DNA of 64,000 nucleotides from positions 18,230,001 through 18,294,000 of the forward strand of contig OZ249436.1 in the NCBI GenBank assembly GCA_965235115.1. Direction: 5' to 3'. The translations under genes and the position numbers were made by a program. How positions within the stretch are numbered: the first letter of the stretch is position 1; each line of letters begins with the position of its first letter. Of the stretch, positions 43,255-56,669 are shown piece by piece. The DNA comes from Laetmonice hystrix. Taxonomy: Eukaryota. The notes beneath the pieces were generated by a model. That model was given only the letters and a program-made list of their open reading frames with translations, was not told the origin of the DNA and did no database searches.

Positions 43255-44900
43255 CATTAACCAACTCACTCCATGCGGTACCAATTGACCGTCCTTTTTC
43301 GCCAAGAAAATAACCAACTCACTCCATGCGGTACCGATTGACCATCATTATGCGCTACGAAAGTAACCAACTCATTAATACGGTACGAATTGACCGTCCT
43401 TACACGCCAAGAAAGTAACCAACTCACTCTATGCGGTACATTGTACCAATTGACCGTCCTAACACGCCAAGAAAGTAACCAACTCACTCCATGCGGTACC
43501 AATTGACCGTGCTAAAGCTGCTTTCACATGCGTGCGGCGTGCGGCATGCGTTTTTGTTAATAATGTAGCTAATGTAAATCGCCGCAAACCGCAAACTGGG
43601 GGCATGTGAACGGTTATATCTATTTTGAGTTGTTTCATTTCTGCGAAAACGCACGCCGCACGCCGCAAACCGTGTGAATGTGAAAGCGGCTTTACACGCC
43701 AAGAAAGTAACCAACTCACTCCATGCGGTACCAATTGACCATCCTTACACGCCAAGAAAGTAACCGACTCACTCCATGCGGTATCAATTGACCGTCCTTA
43801 CGCCAAGAAAGTAACCAACTCACTCCATGCGGTACCAATTGACCATCCTATACACGCCAAGAAAGTAACCGACTCACTCCATGCGGTACCAATTGACCAT
43901 CCTTGCACACCAAGAAAGTAACCAACTCACTCCATGCGGTACCAATTGACCGTCCTTACACGCCAAGAAAGTAACCGACTCACTCCATGCGGTATCAATT
44001 GACCGTCCTTACGCCAAGAAAGTAACCAACTCATTCCATGTGGTACAAATTGACCATCCTTACACGCCAAGTAAGTAACCAACTCATTCCATGCGGTACC
44101 AATTGACCATCCTTACTTGCCAAGAAAGTAACCGACTCACTCCAGGCGGTATCAATTGACCGTCCTTACGCCAAGAAAGTAACCAACTCACTCCATGCGG
44201 TACCAATTGACCATCCTATACACGCCAAGAAAGTAACCGACTCACTCCATGCGGTACCAATTGACCATCCTTGCACACCAAGAAAGTAACCAACTCACTC
44301 CATGCGGTACCAATTGACCGTCCTTACACGCCAAGTAAGTAACCAACTCACTCCATGTGGTACAAATTGACCGTCCTTACACGCCAAGTAAGTAACCAAC
44401 TCATTTCATGTGGTACCATTTGACCGTCCTTACACGCTACGAAAGTAACCAACTCACTCCATGCGGTACCAATTGACCATCCTTACACGCCAAGAAAGTA
44501 ACCAACTCACTCCATGCGGTACCAATTGACCATCCTTACTTGCCAAGAAAGTAACCAACTCACTCCATGCGGTACCAATTGACCATCCTTACACGCCAAG
44601 AAAGTAACCAACTCACTCCATGCGGTACCAATTGACCATCCTTACTTGCCAAGAAAGTAACCAACTCACTCCATGCGGTACCAATTGACCATCCTTACAC
44701 GCCAAGAAAGTAACCAACTCACTCCATGCGGTACCAATTGACCATCCTTACACGCCAAGAAAGTAACCGACTCACTCCATGCGGTACCAATTGACCATCC
44801 TTATGAAAGTAAACAACTCACTCTATACGGTACCGATTGACCATCCTTACACGCTATGAAAGTAACCAACTCACTCTATACGGTACCGATTGACCATACT
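43255..44900. repeat. Minisatellite, 53-bp unit, roughly 27-28 copies, interrupted by a MITE
   Basis: Unit CCAAGAAAGTAACCAACTCACTCCATGCGGTACCAATTGACCATCCTTACACG. Confidence 0.97.
43516..43690. mobile_element. Harbinger-like MITE inserted in the minisatellite
   Basis: TAA|AGCTGCTTTCACATG ... ATGTGAAAGCGGCT|TTA; same family as 35138-35317. Confidence 0.85.
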
Positions 44901-46165
44901 TGGGGTGATCCCGTAGAGAGACGGATCGCTGTAATAAAGAATATGGTTCTGTTACAATACGCAGCGTTGGCCATTCAACACGAACATTTCAGCTTAGAGT
45001 AGATCAAAATTAATGTAGGTCGACCTAAGTGAACGAAATACTATAATGGTACAATAATAATAACGTTAGAAAAGATTTTAAAGAAAGGTCCTAGAAAGCA
45101 TTCAGATGCGACTTGCCATAATCCCGCCATTGTCGACGCTTCGAAATATTCTGCTGTCTGCAAGACTGCTTCTGGAAGGCCAATGATGCATTCATGGCGC
45201 AGGGTCACCTTGCCAACCGATGTGAAATCACCCTTGGCTCTTTTTGTTAGGTAATACCAACTCCAAGTCGGGTCTGCACAGCTCTGAATAATTGATGCCT
45301 AATTAATTAGTAGGAACGAAGTGGAGACCATATAGTTTATCCTTGAATAGACTAGGTATACGGTAGGCCTATACTTTATCTTAAGATAGGCCCTATTCCA
45401 CATTTTTCCACTGTCTGTTTCTGGAGAGTAACTAAGTCATTGGCAGGACGCCATTTCTAATGAGAAGATTACGTGAGGAAGAATCGTAACTGACTGGTGG
45501 GAGACGGAAGTAGTTGCAAACCTTTGAATGTGGTTGGAGCAGATTATAGTCTATTTCATTTCAAACATATTTCGTCACACTCGATCTGAATGTTTATAAC
45601 GTATTATAAGAGGGCTGAATCGAATGTAAGAATCTCTCATTGAAGATGTACATTATATTGAAATTATCATTGTCCAGTAGGAAGGGTGGCTATAGCTCCC
45701 CCAGCCCCCTGGTCCCCACAGCCTTGTGATATTTATCGGTCGTTGACCTGCAGTCTGCAGTCGGCTCTACCTCGACAGATGGCAGATCATGTCTCGGCCG
45801 TAATCGTCGGGTCGCCATTTTTGAAAGTAGTACACAACAAAACAAACCCATGTGGTTTCCACAACTGGCATCTTGGCCTTTGTCGCTATAAAAATATTCT
45901 CGTGGGTGTTTACGGAAGGAATCTGCCGACAGTGATCAGAGTTATGTGAAACACTCATCAACCGCTGCCATTACGCTGTAGGGATTACTTGGTCAGCGCG
46001 CATTGTGCCCCCCTGCCTGCTTACTCAGTATTCATTCGCGCCGCATCACAAAGTCACACAAATCTGTCCATTACACCCGAGGTGAAAATCCCAACCCACC
46101 GGAAGGTGGCGGACTTTCCCGAGGGTTCCCGAATGCTGCAGTCTGATGAGGCAGATCGAGACCAG

Positions 46166-46690
46166 GGCCCGGTTTTTTGTTTACTTTGCCACCGTGAGCA
46201 AGGGTGAGCTGAGCTGAGCAAGGGTGAGCATGAGCTCATTCTCAACGTTTTCATGTTTTTTGGGTTGCCTTTTTCCATGAGGCGTGCTCATGGTGAGCAA
46301 GCCCGCGGAAAAACACCCGAAAAACGAAAACAGTGAGCAAAACGGTGAGCATGAGCTTCTGGGGCCGGTTTTTTTGTTTACTTTTCCACCGTGAGCAAGC
46401 GTGAGCTGAGCTGCGCAAGGGTGAGCAGAAGCTCATGCTCACCGTTTTGCTCACTGTTTTCGTTTTTTGGGATGTTTTTCCGCGAGCTTGCTCACCATGA
46501 GCACGCCTCATGGAAAAAAGCAACCCCAAAATACACGAAAACGGTGAGAATGAAGTCATGCTCACCCTTGCTCAGCTCAGCTCACCCTTGCTCACGGTGG
46601 AAAAGTAAACAAAAAAACCGGGCCCTGATGACCCTTGCTCAGCTCAGCTCACCCTTGCTCACGGTGGAAAAGTAAACAAAAAAATCGGAG
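46166..46690. mobile_element. Harbinger-like MITE with a second copy of itself (46362-46624) inserted in reverse orientation
   Basis: GGCCCGGTTTTTTGTTTAC TIRs; inner copy flanked by CTG at 46359-46361 and 46625-46627. Confidence 0.8.
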
Positions 46691-49600
46691 CATGCACGGT
46701 GCACACTACACGATTTTCAGTCGCCGATAACTTGAGACTGACAGTTGGGTAGTAGGGCTAGGCCTATGCATGCAACTGGCGACTATAGTTACGACGAGTT
46801 TCGAGTCAGCGACCGGGAGTCGTACATAATTCAAAAAATGATTCGGGCCCAACAATTAACTGTCGTTTAGTGTGCGCCACTTTTAAGATCGTAGTTGTCA
46901 ATGTTCGCGCGTTGGTAATACTTGGTAGGCCTACAATCACAGCGCAGGTTTTTTGTCACGTGACATAGCCTCCACCAATGTGGCGGAGGGAATCATAATT
47001 CTTATGAGGCTTACCATTTTAGCCCTGTCACCAAAAAAAAAACTGCGTCACCGCACCACTTTTGAAATGTTCTTCGGACCAGAAACCGGGGATTTCTTTT
47101 TTTTTGCCTTACCATCACGTCGGGGATTTTATAGGAGAAAAACATTAAGTGTCTCGGTATGCCATTGCGACCTTCTTAATCAAAAATAAAAATCGTATTT
47201 CTTTCTGCACTAAATGTAGGCCCATAAGGAACGTCTAGATTAATTATGAAAACACATCAGCAATAAATCAATAAATAGACCTAGGTCTACCACGTGCGAT
47301 TATAACAGTTCGTATCATTTACTTAGAAAGCTTTCAAGCAATATCGTGAACAAAATATTGTTTCTCTCTGTCCCCTCCACGCCCTTTTTACCCTCTATGT
47401 CGTCCGAAAGGAAACGGCTTTTGATACTAGATAGCGCATCCTTGTTGAGGCACGACCAGCATAATTTATGTATATTCCAAAGCAGGTCAAATGCGGAGTC
47501 TCAGTTAGAGCGACTGGGATTGGTGCATTGTAATTATTTCTGGGCTGGTCAAACATAGTAAAATAGGGGTCCGTTTCTGTCAACTGCGCTTATACTTTCT
47601 TTTCTGACCTTTAACATTGTGTTGTATGGACCTGCCGACATTTTAATAACCCCATCATCCACCTCCAGCAGGGCCTACATTTTAACGCGTTTCGGACATA
47701 GATCTATACTATGCCTTCCCGGATATTTGCCCGTATTTCGGCGCCGGCAACAGAACGAAGCGGAATGGCTTCCATTAGGAAATAATCGATAAGCGTGCGC
47801 GCTGCGTTTCATATCTAGGCCATCGCCAGCGCGGATCGTGGAGCCTGGCGCGGATGAGGACGAAGCTAGTCTGTATGATAGCTATATAGGGGCATCACGG
47901 ACAACTTGTTGTGGGGGAGCGAGCTGAGGGGGAAATGAATGCATTTACATTGGTGGTTAGCAGTGGTATACAAACAGCTGCTCACTAGGGCATGGTGATC
48001 GTATGTAACGGCGTTAGACGGACTGTGCGTGTGGCCGAACGGGTGTCGGACAAGTCTCACAGGGATAGGGCGTCTCGTAGACCGCGCCTGGTGAGTATAC
48101 AAAGCATTCATCATATCATTATTATAAATGCCTGGCTTGTTGGCTCTTTCATGTATATTATTGTCCATGGAAGCACACGTCATGTCGTGACGAAAGTACT
48201 GAAGTGATATAAGAAGCGTGCGGCGTTCACAAGATGGAAAGTGGTTGGACCTTGAAGAAATCGTGGGACAAACTGCACCAGCGACATTGTCAGTGGGGCT
48301 GGTACATGTATGAGTATGGGGTGACATTCTGGTAGTAGGCTATGGGCCTTGGGGCTCTGTTAAAACATCTAGACCCCCTAGACCTAATATCTGAGTGAAT
48401 TAGGAAACCCGGCCACTGGACCGTCTTAAACCCTTCCACTCTTGATTCGCCTCCATGGCCCGAAGACTTGCGTATTGAACGGTCAAGTCAGTGGCGCTCC
48501 CTAACACAGGAGCGATGCAATGCTACATTAGGCCTATACTGACGACAGAAATATGGCGAAAACCTCCCAGATATGTCCAGAACGACCATTCCAGCCGTAT
48601 ACTGGCCACTGTTCCCACATTGTAGAATGTCTGTCAGTGTCAGCGTTGTAGGAAGAGCATGCAGGAGCGCCGCCATAGAAAAGACGCCCTATTGTACCTA
48701 CCAGACTCCCGGTCCATTATGCGCAGACATGAACGTAGTATACCTTGCTGACTCGGTTCCGTATACTGCCGAGTCAAACGGGCATAATAGATTCAGATTT
48801 AGTATAGGGAAGCACCCTTAGGACTATACATGGGTAGATTGCATTAGACATAGAGTACAGGTCTATAGTATAAGTTGAATGAAAGAAACATGCACTGCTG
48901 TCACAGTAGGACTACTTGTGTCAGTATTATTAGCATAGATCTACTGCCTGTGCACTATACCTGTGCGTTTAGTTTGTCTGACAACAATTTCAGAGACGCA
49001 TCAAATCTAATGATGGTCAACAGAAATTGGTACGGGGGGGGGGGGACGCAGATAACGAGATTTCGAGCAAACATGACTACGGTCTATTCTGTCTGAACAC
49101 AGCTTAGGTTAACAACAGCGATGTCCAATGGTTGACAGCCGTTGGGTTTCCATGCATGCACTCGCGCGACGGATGACCTATTTTTTTCTGATGATCGCGT
49201 GTGTAGACGCCACGGCGTCAATGACGCTGAACCTTTGCTTCGAACCGCCCGTGACCCACATAGTGACATGCCGAAAATAACTAATGGATTGCCAAATTAC
49301 TGTGGCGCCATTTCAAGGTCATTCTGTAGCTTCATCGTCCAATGCAATAGTTATTGAAGAGAGTGGAAATCGCGGGACACATTGCTGTATAATGTGACAG
49401 AAAGTGTTACCTGATAGAAATTCCCATTTCCATAAACTACTCAGTGGCTTGGTGATTTCGCAGTTTTTGTGATCCACGCCACGACGAAAAATCGTAGCGT
49501 GTATCACCCGCTTTAAAAGATTCATTGGTCATGTATATCAAATTCATTCTTATCATTAATTAAAATTGGAGTAGCTGCCCTACCTGTAATAAATTGTATT

Positions 49601-50324
49601 TACAACCTTTTTACAGTGAAAAGGTGTACCTCCATGGCCAGGACTATAATAGCCTGACATATTTACACTATAGGCCTATACCCTGTCGGGGCATGCGTTC
49701 GTACTTTATGTGATGCGGCAAGTCCCGTGTATTTATTATAGTATCAGTCCAGTAATAAATTCTACTTTCATGAATGCATTTTATTTTAAAGTGTAAATCA
49801 TGTATAAGATATTTATCTGCGAGGTACTGGTGCGAGTGCATCTGTTTGTATCTCACCTGTATATAAAGACTGCCGCCACACCTACACCCGATGGCCCCAT
49901 GAAACCATGCATAATTCATGACTTCCAGAGAACGTCATCTTTTTATAACCGTAACCCAGACGGTCTAGATAAAAGATCACAGGATGCACCAGACTCAGAC
50001 AGGCTCAGGAATCGGTCGATTCACGGCCGTATCGTATTCTAGCAGTTGGAATAGGGGTTGAGGATAATTATCTTCTATCAAATAAGAATGACATATTAAT
50101 GCAAAATAGTTAAAAATCAATTGGATTTCCCTTTTGGATATTTCGGTAAGAGGCATTTTGCCCAAAGCAGATAATCAAGCCCCCTTCCACTCCCTTCCCT
50201 TTCCTTCCCTTCCCTTCCCCTCCCATCCCTCTAACTCTCGTTCATAGCTGCATTTCTATAGGGAGAACTGGCCATCTGACAATTAAGCTGGCGGTAATCA
50301 TGTTATCTTTGATTACTTTAACAG

Positions 50325-50655
50325 GTTGCCGCAGCAAACGGTTTGGGTGACGCCCACAGCCATATTCGACATGTCGATGAAGAAGAAGAAATCCGAAGGC
50401 AAGCCTCCGACATCACAAAATAGCCCGCAAAAGTCCAAATCACGTAAAGATGAGTCGCGCAAGTATAACTTCGATGGCGCCTTTTTCTCCTCAATCCGCT
50501 CCCCCAAACGGCAGTACTTTACCATTCACCCCGAGTGGGTGTCAGAGTCAGTGTCGCAGATGACGCTACAGGAGAAGACACAAACGTATCCACCACGCAG
50601 GTGCAAAAGTGCGCCTCCTCCAAGGACCCGTAACCCAATCACCTGGGAGTATTAA
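50325..50655 (+). CDS. Uncharacterised basic small protein / terminal exon A (NFDGAFFS...YFTIHPEWVSE...RCKSAPPPRTRNPITWEY*)
   Basis: Acceptor tactttaacag|G; open frame to TAA; protein motifs are conserved with the paralogous segment at 51098-51383 despite diverged DNA. Confidence 0.75.
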
Positions 50656-51097
50656 GCGTTCCTATATGCCTTCGTCATCATCGACCTGCCAATCACCAAT
50701 CAGTTTACGTGCTTCCCTTTGGTTCAGCGTGCCTCGCGTTTTACATGTCCACAAACTGTTTGCGGTTCAATTAGTTGCTTTTTCATCTTGGCTGTATCTG
50801 AAATACTGCTTTTGGCATATTTTGTGAATACAGATATTTTTTTCCGAGTTTACACATGCTTTAATGCAGTGTTTCTTATTCTCGAACATATCATGCTGCG
50901 CTAATCTCTGTCATTTGGAGTGTTGCCGGTGCGTGTGTAAATGGTGGCATGCGAGATCTAGAATGCTGAAAACCAAATGGTGTGTGTGCAAGTTTATCAT
51001 CCAACTTTATCACTTACGCCTGAATGGCTTTCCGTAATAAGACTCAGGTGTCCTGTAAGTCCTATACTTACTACGTATGTCGATTCTTCCTGAACAG

Positions 51098-51383
51098 GTT
51101 GTCGCAGCCGAATCTGAGACCCGTTCAAGCCTCTACGACCAGCGCGCAACCACCGGATAAAACAAAGACCGGGTCTAAAGTCAACTTCGATGGTAGCTTT
51201 TTCTCCGGCGTGGGCACGCCAAGGAAGGAGTATTTCACTGTGCACCCTGAGTGGGTATCAGAAAGCTTTAATGGCGGTCGGCAAAGGCCTCACCAACGGA
51301 CTAACACATTTGAGAATATCTTTGGTAGGCGCTCCAGGAGTGCACCGCCACTACGAAGTAGAAACCCAATCACATGGGACTGA
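51098..51383 (+). CDS. Uncharacterised basic small protein / terminal exon B (NFDGSFFS...YFTVHPEWVSE...RSRSAPPLRSRNPITWD*)
   Basis: Acceptor ttcctgaacag|G in the same phase as exon A; paralogous motifs. The frame is also open back to an ATG at 51024. Confidence 0.75.
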
Positions 51384-54300
51384 CGTAAATTCATTCCTGT
51401 CGTCGCTATTATCATAATATTATCTAGTCTTTCGAAGCGTGGCCCCTGAAAGCCCAGTCTCTTTCTTCCAAATCTAATTTATTTGGCAACTTGAACTCGA
51501 CACCTGGATATGTTTTTGAATATATGACATCATGAAGGACCGACACTTTGAACTTTCAATATAACACTGAAAAATTCATATCTCATTTGATAAGTATAAA
51601 AAAAAAAGTTTATCGTTTCGTGTGACCCTACACACGCACACATGCGCGCTCGTCTTGCGTGGCGTAATAATTATAATGTAATTGTAACGACGGCTTTAAT
51701 GTAATATTTCGTGTTTTCCATGGCGATTTTTAAAAACCTTTGCATATCTGGTGCGTCTACTGGAGATAAAACGGCAGATAATCTGTTATTTATAATCGCC
51801 CTGTCAAGCAACATTAAATACACCTTAATACAAGATGGAATATCGACACAGGGTTTTTGTAGAGTTAATCCCATAGTGTTAACCGCCATTGATTGCTTGA
51901 ATTCCCACACTAAGGGACAAAGGATGTATCCTAAATGCTGATACAAGGTGTCTATGTAAGCTTAAAGTCTTGTAGCCAACCAGAGGTAAATGGTGGACCG
52001 CCACGATGTCTGGAATCAGTGAATGTTACATGTAGGCCTGCCGAGATGTTGTTTATGTCACCACAGACAGAACGTGATTGCATTGAACAGATATATAACT
52101 GCAGCAAATTTAGCACTGAGACGTGAACCTGTAAATCTAGATGATGTAAACAAACGCTCGGTCCACGTGACCTGTGTCATCAGGGCAGCAGCTTGACCTC
52201 TCCACGACGTTGGATTCGGCAGGTCGTAGGCCTTACGTTTGATATTCTGCGAAACTACATATGCAATGAAAACACTTGCAGCTTCTGCTAACTCGGCGTA
52301 TAGCGAGTGGAGCTTCTCATTTCGCCTGTCAGTGTTCGCTTGTACGTTGTGGTCAGAGCGGCGTTTCGATGAAGAATCCGTCGTCTCAACGGTCGGGTGC
52401 ATGTCTTGGTATCCGCTGGACACCAGCCTTTACGTTATATAACAGACAACTGTCTTACTCTTCAGGGATAACGATCGAGAGAAACAAAAACTGCCACACT
52501 GAAGCAATGATCACGGTCTCGTTCAAGAAGGGAACAGCTCTGTGAGTTTTCGTAATATAGTATGCCGGGTTTAAAGACAAAGACTGGGATCTGTGGTCAG
52601 AATAGGGACATAGCAAACAACGGTGATCGAGTAGCAGCAAGTCGGCACGACTCTTTCTGGTTAACTTACCCATAACCGTTTGTTCTAAATCATATATGAA
52701 ATACATTCGAGTGTCTGAGGGGCTTTGCTTCACTATACTTACTCTCTATGGTGGTTTTACTGCAACGGTCTACTTTGAATCGACGTCTGAAATAACGCTA
52801 TTTTGTTTACGTTGAACTCGTCAGTCACGGAGAACGAGATCTCGTACTAATTTTGGTAGCGAAAGTTGTGGATAACGCCAATTTTAATTAGAGTTACTGA
52901 AATTCAACAGGCTGTAGGTCTCATGATATCGTAAAAACAACCGAAATCAGCGTGTGATCTTGTGGGAAAATGCGTTACCTTGATGAATAATATTGGTGAG
53001 TCAAAACGGATAAAAATAGAAGGAAGTTACAAAAAAAAAGAGTACTGTGAACCTGCCACTACTCGGGTCGTGGTTGGGTTTAAAACTAAGGCGACTAACC
53101 CAGTCTGGCGACGAAAAAAAGTCAGATGGGGTAACTAGTGTAACTAGTCTTGGTTAGTGACGGCAGTCTGAAAATACTTTCGTTTGCGTTGAAGCCTTAA
53201 GCGTGGCTGTTGATGTTTCTTCTATATTGAGACCTTCCAGAGATCACAGGGATACTATTGGATTGAGTGTTATGTTGATTGGATTGCTACATGAGTAATG
53301 TGTACATGCATGTGTAAATACCTGAAGCCTTCTTCGATGTGTGGAATACATTGTATAGAAAAACGCATTCAGGAATGCAGCATAATTATATGTTTCTCCC
53401 ACGCTAGATACTCAGAATATACGGACAAGAAATAGCTTGCAAGCTGCATTGAGGTATCATTTTGTATTTAGCAAAGAAAGAATATTAAATATTGTATAAA
53501 AAAAGAATATAATTTGTTTGAGACATTCTTTTTTGAACCATCTAAATCGGAAATTTCTATTAAATTTGTAAGATTTATTTACCCCAAAATATATAACATG
53601 TAGTAGGGGGCCGTACAAGCTTGATGCATGTGTCAAAAAGGAAATAAGTCGCATTTTAAGAAGAATGATTTCACTGTCATTTTGTACCCATTAGGGCATG
53701 GTCCATCTTACGTTGGTGTTTCGTTTATTGAATAAATGACAGAGTAGTGTCGTTTCACGATTACGTCTATGCTATATATCAGCCTTCCTACAATAGTTAT
53801 TTCCTTTGGACATTTGAGTGGTGTAAGAAACATGCATGGGGATCTCACAGGCCTTCCCCTATATCTTTATCAGTAGCGTACCCAGGGGGTAGCCTACGTA
53901 GTAAGCCTCAGCCAGTGAGGCTTACGACCACTCAATGTTAAAAATTGGTGCGTCAGTGGCAGCGCAAATTCATGTATCGATCAACTCACCGGCATCCATT
54001 TATCAGAGGCAACGTCTTCTTTTAGTTGTTTGACAAGTATTTTAAGGATAAAACATCAAATTCCGAAGTGTCGTACAGCTGCGGCTTCCGTGGCCTGTTT
54101 ATTTCCCAGTATGCATCTCTCTGACCTAGCAAGGTCCCCTGCTCTACTTATGTCGTAACATAGCGGACGCGTCTGTTAGGCAGGGTGCAGGCTACTCCCT
54201 GACCCGGGAGGTCAAAATGGCCGCGATAGGCAGAGAGCGAAATTCGTCGATTCCAGACTTTGTGCTGCCCTTATTATGTGCCGTCGTGCTTTCCGATGAT

Positions 54301-55192
54301 GATTTGACCGGACACACCAGGAACTTGCACTACGTGGCGTCCGTCTCTGTATACGGTAGTACACCAGAGACGGATACTCTGTCTAACCCAGGGGGGTGCT
54401 TGGGGTGCTCAAGCACCCCCCTCAATTTACCTCCCACTACCACCTTGCTTTAGGCCTACGTGTCCGTTAGAGCCTAAATATTTGGTCAGTTAAGTTCAGT
54501 AGCTGATCCAACCCACAAAGAATTTGTAGTTTCTAGTCCATGTTCTACCTAATTGGCACCATTGAAGACACCCCGTGGATTTTTAGTTGGATTCATTATG
54601 AAGCCATATGACGGCAACGGTTCAGTGATAGCACCATCACCGACCACCACCAGACTTTTTGGTTCACAAGATCCTACCTGCGCGCGAACTGTGAACATTC
54701 TGGTTGAAAGTCCACACCGAAACCTACTGAGCTAACTCGGATTTCTTTTGTACTGGCCTGGAAATTGGTAGCCTTTTCCCTTAGGTTGCTATCTATAAAA
54801 ACCCTTCACTCTGCTCGGGCCTTTTAGACACCCCTCGGCCGAGCTTTGTTTGAAAATTTAAATTGGAAATTTTGACCGTGATGAATGACGTTACAACAAC
54901 ACGCTGCTTGGGCCACTTTTCTCAACACTGGCAAAGGTTCTCATTACCGTATCCCTACATTATTAATGACAAGATAATTCTGAAGACCTTTAAATTTCTT
55001 CTCAAATAGCATTTTTCTAATAGGACATGAACTGTAGTATAGCCAGCGATCTTTATAGACTGTAGTATTATAGTGCTCTCGACCAGTGGCGACCGTCCTA
55101 CGCGTCGATCATGACTGGGGAGACACCAGAGAGCGCAGGCTGTGGCAGTAGCTCATTGGGTGATGTGTAAAGTAGTTTCCAGTGTAACTTAA

Positions 55193-55709
55193 AGGTAATC
55201 GATCACCCTACAGCCGCCGAGTTTTGTCCCCATCTCCTACGAATCCGCGTATTTCAAGCTTAGAGTCTACCTGATCTTGAATCTATCCCACTGGACTGAT
55301 AAAACATTCTGTCGTATCCATAACATTGCTGTGCTCGGTCTCTTGTTGATTATGAGCCATAATGAGGCGATACATCTCTATTTTTCATCTCAATGGACTG
55401 AGAACCGAGAACGACCGCCATGACCGCCTTAGCATTGTTCGGGCTGTTGTTACTAAGCAACGGGATTGGGCGTATGCGTTGCCTCGCACTGCTCCATCCG
55501 TCCTTCCCCCATAATCCAAATAAGGGCATGATTTGATTCGCGTGCTCTCATCTCTAGCCAAATAGGTAAACGCTTAATTAATTAATTAAAAATATTGTCG
55601 ATATGGACGCGCCATGGTACCAGACTGCTAGAAACCCCTTAAAATAATTGTTTTTACTCAAGTTTTGTTGAATTGACTGCATTTATTTCATTTTTCGGAC
55701 AGATTTCCT
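55193..55709 (+). mobile_element. Intact ~517-bp TTAA-flanked Kolobok-like non-autonomous element
   Basis: TTAA|AGGTAATC ... GATTTCCT|TTAA; homologous to the split copy at 19665-23010. Confidence 0.85.
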
Positions 55710-55964
55710 TTAACCAAAAAAAGTTGATGATGTCATAAGGGACAAACTTATGAAATCAGGGTTGAGGAGTACAGCCAGTTGAGTATAGATATCTACGGGG
55801 AAAGCCATCTTTGATACATCAACGTAGGCCTAATGTTTAATTGGAACTGCCAGCATTCACCTCATCCCAGCTGAGTTAAAATGTGGATTTCGGCACATAG
55901 CGTCAAAGTTTTTAATAAATGAAATTATTTATATTTGTTAACAATAACATGTCTCTTGGGGCCA

Positions 55965-56387
55965 TGTCGTAGTTATCAAATATGCCACTAGGTGGCTGCG
56001 AGCATAGCCTAACGGACCACTCGGCGCACCGTTCGACTAACTGACGTCATGTCTCGGGTGTACGATGAAGGTCAACATGCACGCTCACATTCGCGCCCAT
56101 TTTCTGAAATGAACGCTCACATATCCTGCCACTCGGAACGACCGACGCTGCTTCTGATTGGCTGTTTCTAGGTCATATCCGGGGCGAAGCAGGCCTCGGA
56201 CAGTGAAAGTGTACAGATTTTACGTGGATTTAACGGGAATCCGCCGGATAGGCCATGTGCTCTCTGATCTGCTCTCGGTCTTGAGTTCAGAGGCAGACTC
56301 AGTCGCTCTGAGCTGCCAATAAACCTTCGTCAACATTTATCCTGGAGTGAAACTTGCTCTCAACCCTTTGTTAGAGCCATCACGACA
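55965..56387 (+). mobile_element. Probable solo LTR
   Basis: TGTCGT ... ACGACA termini and AATAAA at about 56318; no clear TSD and no PBS. Confidence 0.45.
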
Positions 56388-56669
56388 GAGCACAGCTCCC
56401 CGGAACTTATATGGTTGTAAGCAAGCGCCCAGCCATATAACAGCGTGACACCAGTCAAACCGGCGGCGGTTAAGCTCAAGACAGTCAACCATGCAGAGTA
56501 AGTTTAATTCAAGACCCGTTCAACAACATCAGCCATACTATACTAACATCAACGTTAGCGCCTGCCTGACTTCCGGAGGGGGGGGGGGGTTCATAGCAGC
56601 TGTGATTCTGACTGCTGGCAGCGGTTCCAAGATTCAACACTTCCATTAGCCTCTATAAGTGATTTTCTA

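Noticed and set aside
43255..44900. CRISPR-like regular array
   Set aside because: Units are contiguous and near-identical with no unique spacers, there are no cas genes, and the context is eukaryotic.
46135..46165. Hammerhead ribozyme core (CTGATGAG...CGAGAC)
   Set aside because: GAAA core is not intact and no stem I/III pairing was found.
51671..52733. Cluster of 60-120 aa ORFs on both strands
   Set aside because: No recognisable motifs or convincing splice structure.
54151..54898. Second solo LTR (TGTCGTAAC...GTTACAACA)
   Set aside because: No TSD, PBS or clear poly(A) signal; too weak to call.
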